Shown in pieces: positions 39,651 through 50,509 of a stretch of DNA of 64,000 nucleotides. How positions within the stretch are numbered: position 1 is the first letter of the stretch; the number at the start of each line of letters is the position of its first letter. Location of the stretch: contig JAYFMW010000007.1 of assembly GCA_042408215.1 (NCBI GenBank), positions 241,797 through 305,796 of the forward strand. Reading direction: 5' to 3'. The notes under the pieces were generated by a model. The model was not told the origin of the DNA. It worked only from the letters and a program-made list of their open reading frames with translations, and ran no database searches. Made by a program: the position numbers and the translations under genes. Origin of the DNA: Microcoleus sp. GTDB taxonomy: Bacteria > Cyanobacteriota > Cyanobacteriia > Cyanobacteriales > Microcoleaceae.

Positions 39651-42638
39651 ATGAGCCAGCAGGAAAGATCGAAGGATTTAGACGAACAAATCGTGGCGCT
39701 GCAGTGCGTTCTCCAGACTCTCCGAGAAGACGAGAATGTTGAGGTGTTGTTGGAGACAACACTCAGTTACTTGCAAGCGGAATTCGACTGGCGATTAATT
39801 TGGATCGGATTGTACGATCGAGGGGCCCATCGATTGTTCGGCAAAGGTGGCATGACTCCCAATGGCGACATCAGCTTCCTCAAACAGCGGTTTGCCCTGA
39901 GTCCGGGGGATTTGCTAGAACAAGTGGTAATTCAACTCCGACCGGTGGGAGTCCCAGATTTGCGCGAGGAAAACCGAGCCGGAGAATGGCGCTCATGGGC
40001 TCAAATTTTCAACATTCAAGGTACAACTCTGTTTCCGCTCCGCTACAAAGACCGCTGCTATGGCGTAGTTTTGCTTGGCGTAGCGGAGTGGGGAGCGTCG
40101 CCCAGCGCGGGGGAAAAAACGCAACTGGGCATCGTATTTGGAGCGCTGGCAACTGCTCTTTATCAAATCGAAAAAGACTGGCAGCGAACTCTTGCCAAAC
40201 ACCCAGACGAGTCGTTGCTCGCACTGATTTCGCACTTGCGCGAACTACGATCGCTCGATCAATATTTGGAAGCGGTAGTCGAAGGGGCCCATGAATTTAT
40301 CGAGCCGACACGTACCAATGTTTACTGGTTTGAGCGAGAGCGACGATATTTTTGGCGCCGAGTTAGCAACCGCCAAGTTGCCCCGAGTTTGGGCGGGCCC
40401 GACCGACCGGCTTCTGGTATCACTGTGCAAGACTTGGGCGAATTCTATCAGGCTTTGGCAAAGGAACAAATGGTTTGGATTGGAGAATCTCACAGTTCTC
40501 TGAAAACTGAACTGACGGGGCGGCTGATGCAGCAAATCCGGGCTCGTTCTCTGCTGGCGGCACCTATTGTTTTAGAAGGCGAATTGTTGGGATTTTTGGC
40601 AGTTGAAGCCAGCGAACCGCGAATTTGGCAAGAGCCTGAAAAAAATTACCTGCGCGGAGTGGCGCAATTAGTGGCTCTGACGGCTCCGTTGTCGAATCTG
40701 GAAGCGCGGATTCAGAAAACTGAGATCGATCGCGATTTAACCGCCGGCATCGCTCGCGCCATCTACAACGATGCTGACTGGGAAGCGACTCTCAAAAATA
40801 CTGCCTCGCAACTGTGCGAGCGGCTAAACTGCGAATATTTTCTGCTGCTGCTCTACAGCGAAGAACAGGATCGGTTTGAAATTGTCTGCCAAAATCAACC
40901 CCGCCATAGAAGGGCAGTGCCCTCGCCGCTCAAAGCTCTCGATGTGGCGGATTTGCGACTACTGGAAGCCCACGGGGAAGCTCTGGCCATTGAAAATTGG
41001 GAGGAAGATGGGCCCCTCTTGGCTTGGCGGGAAGTGCTCACAGAAGCGGGAATCCGCTCGCTCTTAGCGTTGAGCACTCGGGGACAGAAGGCAGAAGGAA
41101 CCGGGAACAAGGAATCAGGAACTCTTAATCAGGAAGAAGTCAGAGGGAAGAAGGAAGAGAGGGCCAACCCCAATCTCAAATCTCAAATCCCAAATCCCAA
41201 ATCGATCGAGGGTTTGCTGGTTGTCGGGCACAGTGCTACTCGCAGTTGGAGTCGATCGGAACGAGAATTAGTTCGAGTAGTTAGCCAACAGCTAGGACTA
41301 ATCCTGCACCAGTGGCAGCAGGCTTCAGAAATCAACAAGTACGAACAATTTTACCAAGCGATCGAATCAGGCTTTGCTGTGTTGCACTCCTCACCCGAAG
41401 GGCTGTCTGGGCAACAGATATCTGCCACCTCACCGCAGATTTTCCCAGACTTGCCGCTGCAAAAGCTAGAGCGTAACTTTGCTCAACAGGTAGCCCAGAC
41501 GGTTTCCTGTCCTTTAGTTGCGGTAATTACTTGGAATCCGGGGCAGCAGTTCGCTTCTATTGCCGCGGCGGTAGCAGCCCATCCCGTTTTTGCGCTCAAT
41601 CCTCTTGTCGCGATTCCTGTCCAAACAGATGTTTTGATTCAACAAACCCTGGCTACTAGCGGTGTGCTGCAACAAAGTATCAGCGAACTGTCGCTGGCGA
41701 CTAAGCAGTGGCTCCGCAGTCCGGGGATTGGCGAGATTCTGACGGTGGCGCTGCGGACAGCCCCAGAACACGCTCCTGTGGGAATTGTAGTGGCTGCGGA
41801 TGCTGCGGGACGCCGCTGGTCGGAGTTGTCGGTGAATTTGCTCGGCCAGATGGCGGATCAGTTGGCTTGGTGGCGCAGGTATTTGGCGGTGCAATCTGTG
41901 CTGGAGTCCCAGCGATCGCATCTGGAGTTGCTCAACTGGTACAAGCAGCGCCGTTTCGAGGAGTTTTACCGAACTTTGGGAGGGGGAGTCAAGGAGTTGG
42001 GGGAGTTGAGTCAATCTATTTTGCACTCAGCCCGGGAACAGAAAGATGCTCTGAAAACTTTGCGCTACCAGCAGGTTTTGCGGCAAATTGGCAATACTTT
42101 GGGGTCAACTCATTTGGTGCTGAGACAGGAACAGTGGCGGCTGCAATGCGTACAGGATGCGGTGTCTGTGAGTGCTTGGCTGAAGCGAGGGCTCGATCGA
42201 ACGGCCACCTTGCTTAAAAAGTCAGAAATTTTGCTGGAAGTGCACCGAGAAACTGGCGTTTCGCTGCCTGCTGGTCAGGTTTTGAGCGTTCGCGGGGATA
42301 GTATCAAGTTGGATTTGGTGCTGTACGAATTGCTGGCTGCGGCTTGCCGACGCTCTGATGTTGGGGGCAAGATTGAGATTCGCTATCAACTTTTGGGGCC
42401 AGATTTGGTGGAATTGTCTATTACTGATAGTGGCACGATCGATCGACAGTTAATTGCTGCATTCAATACCGGTTCCGGGCCAGATATATTAGTCCCTTCT
42501 AGTCTGAATAAGCCGATGGTTCAAAATTTATTGAATTGTCAGCGAGCGATGCGTTTAATGGGTGGAAATTTTTCTATCGAAATCTTGGAAAATAATTTAG
42601 TTGTGGCTCGGTTGGTGATGCCGATGGTGAGTTCTTAA
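39651..42638 (+). CDS. Multi-GAF sensor protein with degenerate HATPase-like C-terminus
   Basis: Repeated GAF-like segments (LLAAPIVLEGELLGFL, R.W...E); C-terminal ELSITDSG; no clear H-box. Confidence 0.8.
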   Translation: MSQQERSKDLDEQIVALQCVLQTLREDENVEVLLETTLSYLQAEFDWRLIWIGLYDRGAHRLFGKGGMTPNGDISFLKQRFALSPGDLLEQVVIQLRPVGVPDLREENRAGEWRSWAQIFNIQGTTLFPLRYKDRCYGVVLLGVAEWGASPSAGEKTQLGIVFGALATALYQIEKDWQRTLAKHPDESLLALISHLRELRSLDQYLEAVVEGAHEFIEPTRTNVYWFERERRYFWRRVSNRQVAPSLGGPDRPASGITVQDLGEFYQALAKEQMVWIGESHSSLKTELTGRLMQQIRARSLLAAPIVLEGELLGFLAVEASEPRIWQEPEKNYLRGVAQLVALTAPLSNLEARIQKTEIDRDLTAGIARAIYNDADWEATLKNTASQLCERLNCEYFLLLLYSEEQDRFEIVCQNQPRHRRAVPSPLKALDVADLRLLEAHGEALAIENWEEDGPLLAWREVLTEAGIRSLLALSTRGQKAEGTGNKESGTLNQEEVRGKKEERANPNLKSQIPNPKSIEGLLVVGHSATRSWSRSERELVRVVSQQLGLILHQWQQASEINKYEQFYQAIESGFAVLHSSPEGLSGQQISATSPQIFPDLPLQKLERNFAQQVAQTVSCPLVAVITWNPGQQFASIAAAVAAHPVFALNPLVAIPVQTDVLIQQTLATSGVLQQSISELSLATKQWLRSPGIGEILTVALRTAPEHAPVGIVVAADAAGRRWSELSVNLLGQMADQLAWWRRYLAVQSVLESQRSHLELLNWYKQRRFEEFYRTLGGGVKELGELSQSILHSAREQKDALKTLRYQQVLRQIGNTLGSTHLVLRQEQWRLQCVQDAVSVSAWLKRGLDRTATLLKKSEILLEVHRETGVSLPAGQVLSVRGDSIKLDLVLYELLAAACRRSDVGGKIEIRYQLLGPDLVELSITDSGTIDRQLIAAFNTGSGPDILVPSSLNKPMVQNLLNCQRAMRLMGGNFSIEILENNLVVARLVMPMVSS

Positions 42639-42810
42639 TATTGCAAAAATCCCAATCTGCGATCGAGGATGGTAGGGGCGGGTTTTACAAATAATAATTG
42701 CCTCAAACCCACAATCTCCTAAACCCGCCCCCGCCCAACTATGATCTATATTAGAACTGATATCTTGCACCATTGTTAAGAACGGGCCGGAGAGCCCGTT
42801 CCACAATAGA

Positions 42811-43284
42811 TCAAGGTTCTTGTGGGCTGGGCATCTTTCCCGCCTCTGAAAGGCTTTCCGAACTAGGGAAAAATTTCTGAGTTATCCAATCAGTTAAAAT
42901 GTGAGAAAGCAATCCCATCGGGCCAGCAAATAGACAGAGTGCGAGAGAATGAATCGTCCAAACTCCGGTGCGTTGTCCTTCCAAATAAATCCAACGCCCG
43001 ACAAACAAATCCATCACTAAAAAATGTATCCATCCCGTAGCTGCTGCGGTTTCTTCCCCAAGAAATTTAGCAATATCTGCTAGTTTGGGATTTGACAAAG
43101 CTGCCGCGTTTTCTGGAGTGATGCTGAGCACAAACAAATAGATGTACAGGGTGGCTAGCACTGCAAAGGGGAGGAAAGAATTCATCACTTTTCGGGTGAT
43201 TCCCCAGTTGGGCAATAAAATCATGATTGCCCAGAATGGCAAAACGAACAGGTTTGCTCCGGTAAAAATTAGTTCGGGTGTCAT
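42811..43284 (-). CDS. ABA4-like / DUF4281 membrane protein
   Basis: LPFWAIMILLP, GWIHFLVMDLFVGRWI, GPMGLLSH (ORF track start 43323). Confidence 0.85.
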   Translation of the reverse strand: MTPELIFTGANLFVLPFWAIMILLPNWGITRKVMNSFLPFAVLATLYIYLFVLSITPENAAALSNPKLADIAKFLGEETAAATGWIHFLVMDLFVGRWIYLEGQRTGVWTIHSLALCLFAGPMGLLSHILTDWITQKFFPSSESLSEAGKMPSPQEP

Positions 43285-43434
43285 ATACTGTAGGCTCCTG
43301 GGAATGGATGCAATATTATTCAAGATGTTAATATTAGTTTACACAATTTTTGCTAAAATATCTAAAAATTATGACTGACGCACAGACTCTATCATCCAAA
43401 ATATAAAATCTCAAATCCAAAATCCGAACAGCTT

Positions 43435-44448
43435 ATGCCAACAACTTATCATAATTTTCCCGATTGGTGTTTGCACAAAGAAAATATTTCTGCCGATGCT
43501 AAACACACTGTAGAAATTCTGTTGCAAATATCAGAGACTGCTGAGTGCGATCGAGCTAATGAACTACTTGCTAGCACAACAGAACTCAACCTCAGACTTT
43601 CTCAAATTACAGATCTCAATCCCCTCTCATCTTTCACTCAACTTACGACTCTCATCCTCGCCAGCAATCAAATATCTGATCTCACTCCTCTCCAATCTTT
43701 AACTAAGCTGGAGACTCTGGTTTTGGATGTTAATCAAATATCAGATATCAGCCCGCTTTCCTCTCTGAAAAATCTGACACAACTCGTTCTAGATACCAAT
43801 CAAATATCAGATATTAGTCCCCTTGCACCTTTGACTAATCTTACCACACTTGTCTTGTTTGACAACAAAATTTCTGAGGTCATCCCCCTGAAATCACTGA
43901 GGAAATTAACTCGGCTGATTTTGTACAACAATACAATTTCCGATCTCACTTATTTGGAAAGTTTGACTGAACTCACTACTCTCTATCTTTACAACAATAA
44001 AATATCAGATATCACTTCTCTGGCTTCCTTGAAAAATCTCAAAACTCTGTTTCTGTTCGGAAATCAAATATCAGACATTAGTCCGCTGCAATCCCTAACT
44101 AATTTGACTAAATTGGTTTTATTCCAAAATCAAATCTCAGATGTGAGTGCTTTGGCATCACTCACTAATTTAACTGAACTCAACCTCGGCAATAATCAAA
44201 TATCTGACATCACTCCGCTCAAATCGCTGACTAATTTGACTGAACTTTATCTGTTCAACAATCCGATTTCCGATAGCAGCCCGCTGCAAGCTTTAAATAA
44301 CTTATTTTTGCTTGACTTGTACAAGAATCAAATCTCTGATGTTAGTTTCCTGCAATCTTTGCACAAGTTAACTACAGTAGATTTGCGCGGGAATCCCATA
44401 GTTAATAAAATTTGCCCGGTCAATCCTGAATCTGTATGTCGGTTTTAA
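43435..44448 (+). CDS. Leucine-rich repeat (internalin-like) protein
   Basis: About 12 22-aa repeats L..NQISDISPL.SL.NL. Confidence 0.93.
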   Translation: MPTTYHNFPDWCLHKENISADAKHTVEILLQISETAECDRANELLASTTELNLRLSQITDLNPLSSFTQLTTLILASNQISDLTPLQSLTKLETLVLDVNQISDISPLSSLKNLTQLVLDTNQISDISPLAPLTNLTTLVLFDNKISEVIPLKSLRKLTRLILYNNTISDLTYLESLTELTTLYLYNNKISDITSLASLKNLKTLFLFGNQISDISPLQSLTNLTKLVLFQNQISDVSALASLTNLTELNLGNNQISDITPLKSLTNLTELYLFNNPISDSSPLQALNNLFLLDLYKNQISDVSFLQSLHKLTTVDLRGNPIVNKICPVNPESVCRF

Positions 44449-44484
44449 TTGTTAAGATGGCATCCGGCTGGGGATTAGTACGAT

Positions 44485-45931
44485 TTGACACTCCCCGGTC
44501 TAAAGACGCGGGGATTCTTAAGGAGAAACTTTGGGGGATGAATCCGTCCAAAGTTTGATTCTTAAAGGGTTAGTCAGCAACCCCCTACCCACTCGCTGAA
44601 TTATTGAGTCTGTGGCTACTTTTGATTTGCGGATGATATTAGCTGCACCATTAACGTCTGCATTAATTAACAACCCAGTGCTAGAACGGTACAAACCTCG
44701 CTTGATTCGCTTACCCGATGGCTGCCAATTGTCGGGTTTTTCACCGACTTTCACTGGCAACAAATCTTGGTCTAAAAAACTAGCTTTTGATGTGTAAGAT
44801 TCATCTTGTTCGACAAATCTCCATCCCCTTAAATCGCATTCTTGTTGAAGCCTATCTTTAACTTTAGCTGTCGGTATTTGGACAAAGTTCTGGTTAGTCT
44901 TACCTCCCATATTGACTTCTTGTTTCTGTCCTTTATTCCAACCAAAGACTAGGACGTTAATTTGGTGATCTTCACAATAATCTATGATGGTTCTAACTGC
45001 TTTATTAACAGCATCTCTCATTCTTCTGGTGCGAGTTTCTGACAACTGTTGCAGTCTATGAGACGAAAAACCTTTAGGCAACTTACATTGATCATGTACT
45101 GATTGCACCCGCGCCTTTTCCTTATTAAACCATTGGTTCCAAGACTTTAATTTTTGACCATCAATAATAAATGGTTTGCCCTTACTAGAAACACAAGTTA
45201 GCCAGTTATTGATGCCGTGATCAATACCTAAAATTCCCGTTACTTCCCAGCTACAGCTAGGGGCTTGTTTGGTTAGACTTTCGTGGACAAATTCAACCCA
45301 AACCTTGCCATTTCTAGGGATTATTCGAAGTTCTTTAATCTGGCAATTCTTCAGTCTTTCCGGTAAAGTCACCCAGAGAGCCTCTGTCCCAAAGTGTTCT
45401 TTCCCTTTAGTTCCCAGAGGTAATCTCACCCGATTACCGACTATTTTCAAGGCTTGCCCAGGGTAGGTCACCTGGTACATTGCTCCCTTGGTTCTGTACT
45501 TGGGCAATCTCGGTTTTTGATTAAGTTCTCCTTTCTTGGCTAACCTTTCTAAGGCTCGGAAAGAGCTAAAGGATTCAGCAACAGACTTCAGAGATTGTTG
45601 AGCGACTTGAGAGTAGAGTAACCCGTAATTCTCGTTGGGTTTGGCAATCTTGTACAAGTCTTGGTATTTAACCGCGCTTCGATCTTTAAAGTATCGTTGC
45701 CGACTCTCGTAAGTTCCCACATTGAATAGATTGTTTGACCATCTCAACAGTTGCTCAACAATGGTTTTGTCGAGTCCCGTTAAATGCCAAACATCTTTTT
45801 GCACTGCATACATTAATTTCAACCTCCTTTGATTAATTGTACTATATTTAGAAATATCTAACTGGGAGACTAAAGTCTCCCTCGCCCTTTCATCCCTGGA
45901 CTAAAGTCGCAGGGTTTTCAGGGTATTTCTT
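44485..45931 (-). mobile_element. tnpB-only IS200/IS605 element
   Basis: Left end ccctg..actttagt..caggg hairpin after TTAT; right end gaatccccg..ggggagtgtcaa. Confidence 0.85.
44518..45822 (-). CDS. tnpB: RNA-guided endonuclease TnpB (no zinc finger, non-canonical RuvC-II)
   Basis: GIDHG, VFGWNKG, DESYTSK, NADVNGAANI. Confidence 0.9.
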   Translation of the reverse strand: MKLMYAVQKDVWHLTGLDKTIVEQLLRWSNNLFNVGTYESRQRYFKDRSAVKYQDLYKIAKPNENYGLLYSQVAQQSLKSVAESFSSFRALERLAKKGELNQKPRLPKYRTKGAMYQVTYPGQALKIVGNRVRLPLGTKGKEHFGTEALWVTLPERLKNCQIKELRIIPRNGKVWVEFVHESLTKQAPSCSWEVTGILGIDHGINNWLTCVSSKGKPFIIDGQKLKSWNQWFNKEKARVQSVHDQCKLPKGFSSHRLQQLSETRTRRMRDAVNKAVRTIIDYCEDHQINVLVFGWNKGQKQEVNMGGKTNQNFVQIPTAKVKDRLQQECDLRGWRFVEQDESYTSKASFLDQDLLPVKVGEKPDNWQPSGKRIKRGLYRSSTGLLINADVNGAANIIRKSKVATDSIIQRVGRGLLTNPLRIKLWTDSSPKVSP

Positions 45932-45968
45932 ATAAGAGCAAACATCAGTATAAGGAGGAAGTGAAGTT

Positions 45969-46064
45969 ATGAGCGGACATGATGCTTTAATGTTAGGATT
46001 GCTGCTGTTGCCCGGTTTGGCTTTGTCGATCGCAATTATCGGCGCTTTTGCTGCTGGCGGGTAA
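45969..46064 (+). CDS. 31-aa single-TM small protein (below the ORF-track cutoff)
   Basis: TAAGGAGG RBS 10 nt upstream; MSGHDALMLGLLLLPGLALSIAIIGAFAAGG. Confidence 0.7.
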   Translation: MSGHDALMLGLLLLPGLALSIAIIGAFAAGG

Positions 46065-46132
46065 GCAATACCGACAGGTTGAAACCTGTCGCTACAGAGT
46101 CGAAGTCCAGGCTGACTAATATTGCGATCGAC

Positions 46133-47632
46133 TTATAAAAATTGGGCTGTCAAATCAGAATTGACGAGGGTATTTGCACACAATATTCCCGATGCTGCGA
46201 CGGCGGGAATGCCAATTCCTGGCATGGTGCTATCTCCCACTCGATACAAACCTTTGATGGCTGTTTTCGGGCCGGGAAAAGTGCCAGTACCAGCCGCAAT
46301 TGCAGGCCCGTAAGTACCTTGATAGCGACGCAAAAATCGAGCGTGGGTTAACGGTGTGCCGATGGACTCTAAGACAATTCGCGAGCGCAAATCTGGTATA
46401 ATTTTTTCTAAAGCTTGGAAAAGAGATTGCGCTCGCGCTCTCTTTTTTTCTTGATAAAATTCGCCATATTCCCAACCTGCATAGGGTTCTAAAGTATAAG
46501 CATGAATGGCGTGATGTCCGGGGGGTGCGAGGTTTGCATCCCAGACTGTAGGAATCGAAATCATGCAAGTATTTCCGGGTACTGTAATGTCAACGTTGCT
46601 ATCATGAACGACGACGTGGTGGCCGGTCAAACCTTCGATTCCTTCGGCTTTAATTCCTAAATGTAGGTGCATGAAACTGTCTATTGCTGGGGTAGATAAG
46701 GCTATTTTGCGTCCGGCCTCCGGCAGATCTTCTGGCCGCAGTAACTTTGTATAAGTATCCCAGATAGTCGCATTTGAGATCACAATTGGTGCGTGGATAA
46801 TTTCGCCATTTTGCAAGCGAACACCGGTTGCTGTGCCGGATTTCACTAAAATTTGCTCTACGGGAGTTCCCAGCCGCAATACTCCTCCCCAGCGCTGCAA
46901 ACCTCGAACTAAAGCATCGACGATCGCACCGCTACCACCGACTGGATATTCGATCGCTGAGCGCGATCGTTCCCCAATCATAAAAGCGATTTCCGGCGCC
47001 ACAGTTCCGTGCGCTTTCAAACCCGACAGCAAAAAGCACTCCAAATCGATCAAACGTCGCACCCAAGGATCGCGCACATCGCGATCCATCAACTGGCCCG
47101 CAGAACCCCCGATCGCCCCTAAAAGCGGCAGCAGCTTGAGCAGAGATGGCCAGTACCGAGACAGTAAAACAGGTATCAATTGCCAGTCCGATCTCAGCGC
47201 CACCACTGGTATGCCACGCAAAGCTTCATATAAAACCAATAATTTTTGTTGGAATTGCTGCAATTCCTGAGCACCTTGCGGTGTAAATTCAGCTACGGCA
47301 TCTAAGTATTTTTTCGCATTAGCATAAATCGGCAAACTTCCCTCTGGAAAATGATAATGTCCCAGGGGGTCGTAGGGAATTGTGGCGATCGATTCCTCCA
47401 AAATATCAAAGACTTGTCGCAAAGGATTGAACGACTGCGGGTCAGTCAACCCGCAATAAAAAGAAGGCCCAGAATCAAAGTGAAATCCTCGGCGCGAAAA
47501 GCTGTGAGCCGCGCCGCCCGGTATGGTGTGGCTCTCACAGACGAGTACCCGCGAACCGTAGCGAGCTAGCATCGCGGCGGCGACTAAGCCGCCAAGGCCA
47601 CTACCAATTACAATTGCCTCAAAGTCTTGCAT
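46133..47632 (-). CDS. FAD-dependent phytoene desaturase / carotenoid isomerase family oxidoreductase
   Basis: GSGLGG Rossmann motif, FDSGPS, GTPLTH, VGDSTMPGIG. Confidence 0.88.
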   Translation of the reverse strand: MQDFEAIVIGSGLGGLVAAAMLARYGSRVLVCESHTIPGGAAHSFSRRGFHFDSGPSFYCGLTDPQSFNPLRQVFDILEESIATIPYDPLGHYHFPEGSLPIYANAKKYLDAVAEFTPQGAQELQQFQQKLLVLYEALRGIPVVALRSDWQLIPVLLSRYWPSLLKLLPLLGAIGGSAGQLMDRDVRDPWVRRLIDLECFLLSGLKAHGTVAPEIAFMIGERSRSAIEYPVGGSGAIVDALVRGLQRWGGVLRLGTPVEQILVKSGTATGVRLQNGEIIHAPIVISNATIWDTYTKLLRPEDLPEAGRKIALSTPAIDSFMHLHLGIKAEGIEGLTGHHVVVHDSNVDITVPGNTCMISIPTVWDANLAPPGHHAIHAYTLEPYAGWEYGEFYQEKKRARAQSLFQALEKIIPDLRSRIVLESIGTPLTHARFLRRYQGTYGPAIAAGTGTFPGPKTAIKGLYRVGDSTMPGIGIPAVAASGILCANTLVNSDLTAQFL

Positions 47633-47701
47633 TTATCAAATGTGCTATGATTTTATTATTTCTTGCTGATTGTTGACCGGGTATTTTTGGGGGAGGAAGC
47701 T

Positions 47702-49387
47702 ATGAAAGCTTTATCTATTTTAGATGAAGTTGTGCGAGAATTAGAACAAGATCTCAATGTTACGCGGATCAAAAGGATAGTATTTTTTGCTTGTAAAGAT
47801 TTTTGGGCAAACGATGCGAACCAGCTCGCCGATACAAATTTAGCCAGTTTGATCGAAGAGCTGTGCGCCAAATACAGCAGATTAGAAGATCTTGAAGCAG
47901 TTTTAAATAGTATAGTTTCCAAGGTCAATAAAAAAACAGAGTACGCTTTAGTTGCCGACCAAATCGTCGGTCAACTTAGCAGGCTGTACGAATACCAAGA
48001 CTTCACAAAATTAGAAACAAATATCTCTAATTTTGGCGGTCAGCAAGCGCCTGTTCAAGACCACTTCAGTGCGGAAATGCCAGCAGGAGAGCCAAGGGAC
48101 AGAGACCCGGGTAATTTATTTGATGTCAGACAAAAGATTTTGCAGCAAACAAATCCGTTGAGGGCAAAAATCCTAATTTTTTCTACTCTTTATCACGAGT
48201 TTACTTTTAGCGATCGCGACTGGCTGCTGCTGAAAAAGCAAGAACTTGACAATCTCCTACGGCAACTTTTTAATGTCTGTCCTACCGTGGCAGAACTCGA
48301 ATCTCAGTTGTACAGAATTGCGAAGAATCTCGACAACAAAGATGAAAGCGACCAAGCTGCTAGCGTGATTATCAAAGCGCTGAATCCTTGTTACGAAAAA
48401 ATGCAACAGGAAGAACGCGATCGAGCCGAAGATTCTGCTACTGAAGATTGCGATCGGACACATTTAAACAACGGTGTTTATGAACAGACCAAGCTGATTA
48501 ACGACGTGAGGGATTATTTTGAACCGGGCGATATTACTCGGATCGTTCAAGCTGCTCCCGATCGCTATCATTCTGACCCCCAGAAGAGTTACTTAGTGCC
48601 GGCAGCGGTCGAAATTATACCCTTTAAAGAACCAGAAACAGCTAGCAGTTCGACGGCTGATTTACCGCAGGAATTGGCACTAATGTCGCAGGTCGAAGAA
48701 ACGCCGACAGTCGAAATTTACGATCGGGCAACTGCTGTCACTAAAAATATTAGCGACTCGATTAAAGAAAAGTTGGGTTTAGAAGAAGAAATCAAAGGAT
48801 TGGTGAGTCAAAGTGCTAACTCCGCCACGGCCCAAATAGAAAGAATATTTAGCGAATTAGAAGCTAATGTTAACGCACAATGTTATCAGGAAAATTTAGA
48901 AAAGCGTCTGTATTGGAAATATAAAAGTCTCATAAATTACGTAGAAAAAGTTCAGGGATTTACAGCCAAATTAATCAAAATTCTCAGAGAATTGGAGTCA
49001 AAAGAAAGCGGGCTATCGACTCCTCAAACCCCGGCTAATGTTGCTGAAAAAGTTTCGGAAATAGAGCCGACAAAATCCAGCGATAAAGCAAGTCAGTATC
49101 AGCTTGTAGAAATGGCCAAACAAGGCAACCCAAAGGCGATCGCCATCTTGATCGATCAATTACTACAGCCTAGGGGCATTACTGCTACAGTGGGATTTAA
49201 GGACGGTTGGCTGCACGTCATTCTGGAGTCTACCCCAGCACCAAACCAAGAGGATACAGCTATATATATTCACAAAAAACTGCGTACTCTCAAATCTAAA
49301 TCTCTGAATAACGTGAAAATTCATGGGCGGGTATCAGGCAAAAAAACAGTCGCTTGGACTCAAGAATTTGTGAATCAAATTAATTAA
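47702..49387 (+). CDS. Conserved cyanobacterial hypothetical protein
   Basis: Long ORF, GGAGG upstream of ATG 47702; NPLRAKILIFS and AKQGNPKAIA motifs. Confidence 0.75.
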   Translation: MKALSILDEVVRELEQDLNVTRIKRIVFFACKDFWANDANQLADTNLASLIEELCAKYSRLEDLEAVLNSIVSKVNKKTEYALVADQIVGQLSRLYEYQDFTKLETNISNFGGQQAPVQDHFSAEMPAGEPRDRDPGNLFDVRQKILQQTNPLRAKILIFSTLYHEFTFSDRDWLLLKKQELDNLLRQLFNVCPTVAELESQLYRIAKNLDNKDESDQAASVIIKALNPCYEKMQQEERDRAEDSATEDCDRTHLNNGVYEQTKLINDVRDYFEPGDITRIVQAAPDRYHSDPQKSYLVPAAVEIIPFKEPETASSSTADLPQELALMSQVEETPTVEIYDRATAVTKNISDSIKEKLGLEEEIKGLVSQSANSATAQIERIFSELEANVNAQCYQENLEKRLYWKYKSLINYVEKVQGFTAKLIKILRELESKESGLSTPQTPANVAEKVSEIEPTKSSDKASQYQLVEMAKQGNPKAIAILIDQLLQPRGITATVGFKDGWLHVILESTPAPNQEDTAIYIHKKLRTLKSKSLNNVKIHGRVSGKKTVAWTQEFVNQIN

Positions 49388-49403
49388 CAACTCACCAAGA
49401 CTT

Positions 49404-50399
49404 ATGAATGCCAGCGAAATTTTAAGGCGATATACATCAGGAGAACTAGATTTTAGAGGTATAAATCTTAGAGGCGTATACCTAAGTGGTGTCGATTTAA
49501 TAGGGGTAGATTTAAGCAGTGGCGATTTATCTAATGCCAACCTAGCGATGGCATACCTGAGTAGAATCAACCTTCGGCGCGCCAATTTAACTAATGCAAA
49601 GTTGTGTGGCGCTAACTTGAATCAGGCAAATTTGAGTGCAGCAAATTTATCCGATTCCGACTTCCACGGAGCTACTTTACAAGGTGCTGATCTTCGCAGA
49701 GCCAACATATCTTTGGCAGTTTTCCTCGATGCAAATTTGACCGATGCAGATATGCGAGGAGTCAATTTGCAGGGTGCTGATTTGCGGGGCGCGTGTTTGC
49801 GAGGAGCAAATTTACGCAAGGAACAACGGATTTTTGAGGGTGCAAATTTGCGGGGTGCAAATTTACGGGGTGCTGATATGCGGGGCGTCAATTTGCAAGG
49901 TGCTGATTTAACTAAAGCCGATCTCAGTCGGGCAAATTTGACCGAAGCATCTCTGCGGGAAGCAAATTTGAGTCAGGCGAATTTGAGCGAAGCTATTTTG
50001 GATAATGTATCTTTGACTGAAGCAACTTTGATTGAGGTGAATTTTTCCTGGGCTGTAATGACTAATGCTAGGTTGGAAAGGGCTGTATTAATTGATGCTG
50101 AATTCGCGGGCGCTAATTTGCGGGGTGCATTTCTTCCTGATGTTAAGTTGAGCAATGCTAGTTTAATTATGGCTGACTTGAGTCGAGCTAATTTAGTGAG
50201 GGCTGATTTGAGTCGAGCTAACTTGAATCAGGCCAATTTGAGTGAAGCCGATTTGACTGATGCTTACCTGGCTAAAACGGACTTCCGCGATGCAATTTTA
50301 CACCGCACAAGTTTGATGAGGGCTGATTTGAGCACTGCTAATTTAGTGGGAGCTCAGTTTCGCGGTACAATCATGCCGAATGGAGAAATTCATGGGTAA
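49404..50399 (+). CDS. Pentapeptide repeat protein
   Basis: A(N/D)LxX repeats throughout. Confidence 0.95.
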   Translation: MNASEILRRYTSGELDFRGINLRGVYLSGVDLIGVDLSSGDLSNANLAMAYLSRINLRRANLTNAKLCGANLNQANLSAANLSDSDFHGATLQGADLRRANISLAVFLDANLTDADMRGVNLQGADLRGACLRGANLRKEQRIFEGANLRGANLRGADMRGVNLQGADLTKADLSRANLTEASLREANLSQANLSEAILDNVSLTEATLIEVNFSWAVMTNARLERAVLIDAEFAGANLRGAFLPDVKLSNASLIMADLSRANLVRADLSRANLNQANLSEADLTDAYLAKTDFRDAILHRTSLMRADLSTANLVGAQFRGTIMPNGEIHG

Positions 50400-50480
50400 T
50401 TGGGAATTGGGAATGGGGAATTGGAAATGGGGAATTGGGAATTCGTAATTCGTAATTGGGAATTGGGAATTGGGAATTGG
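50397..50480. repeat. STRR array (GGGAATT/AATTCGT)n
   Basis: Seen directly. Confidence 0.85.
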
Positions 50481-50509
50481 AGAGCCTGATGTTAGTTTGA
50501 GTCTTGATT

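Noticed and set aside
45969..46064. petM assignment for the small ORF
   Set aside because: Size is similar but it lacks the PetM pattern (GEI..A..., LLLKIQG)
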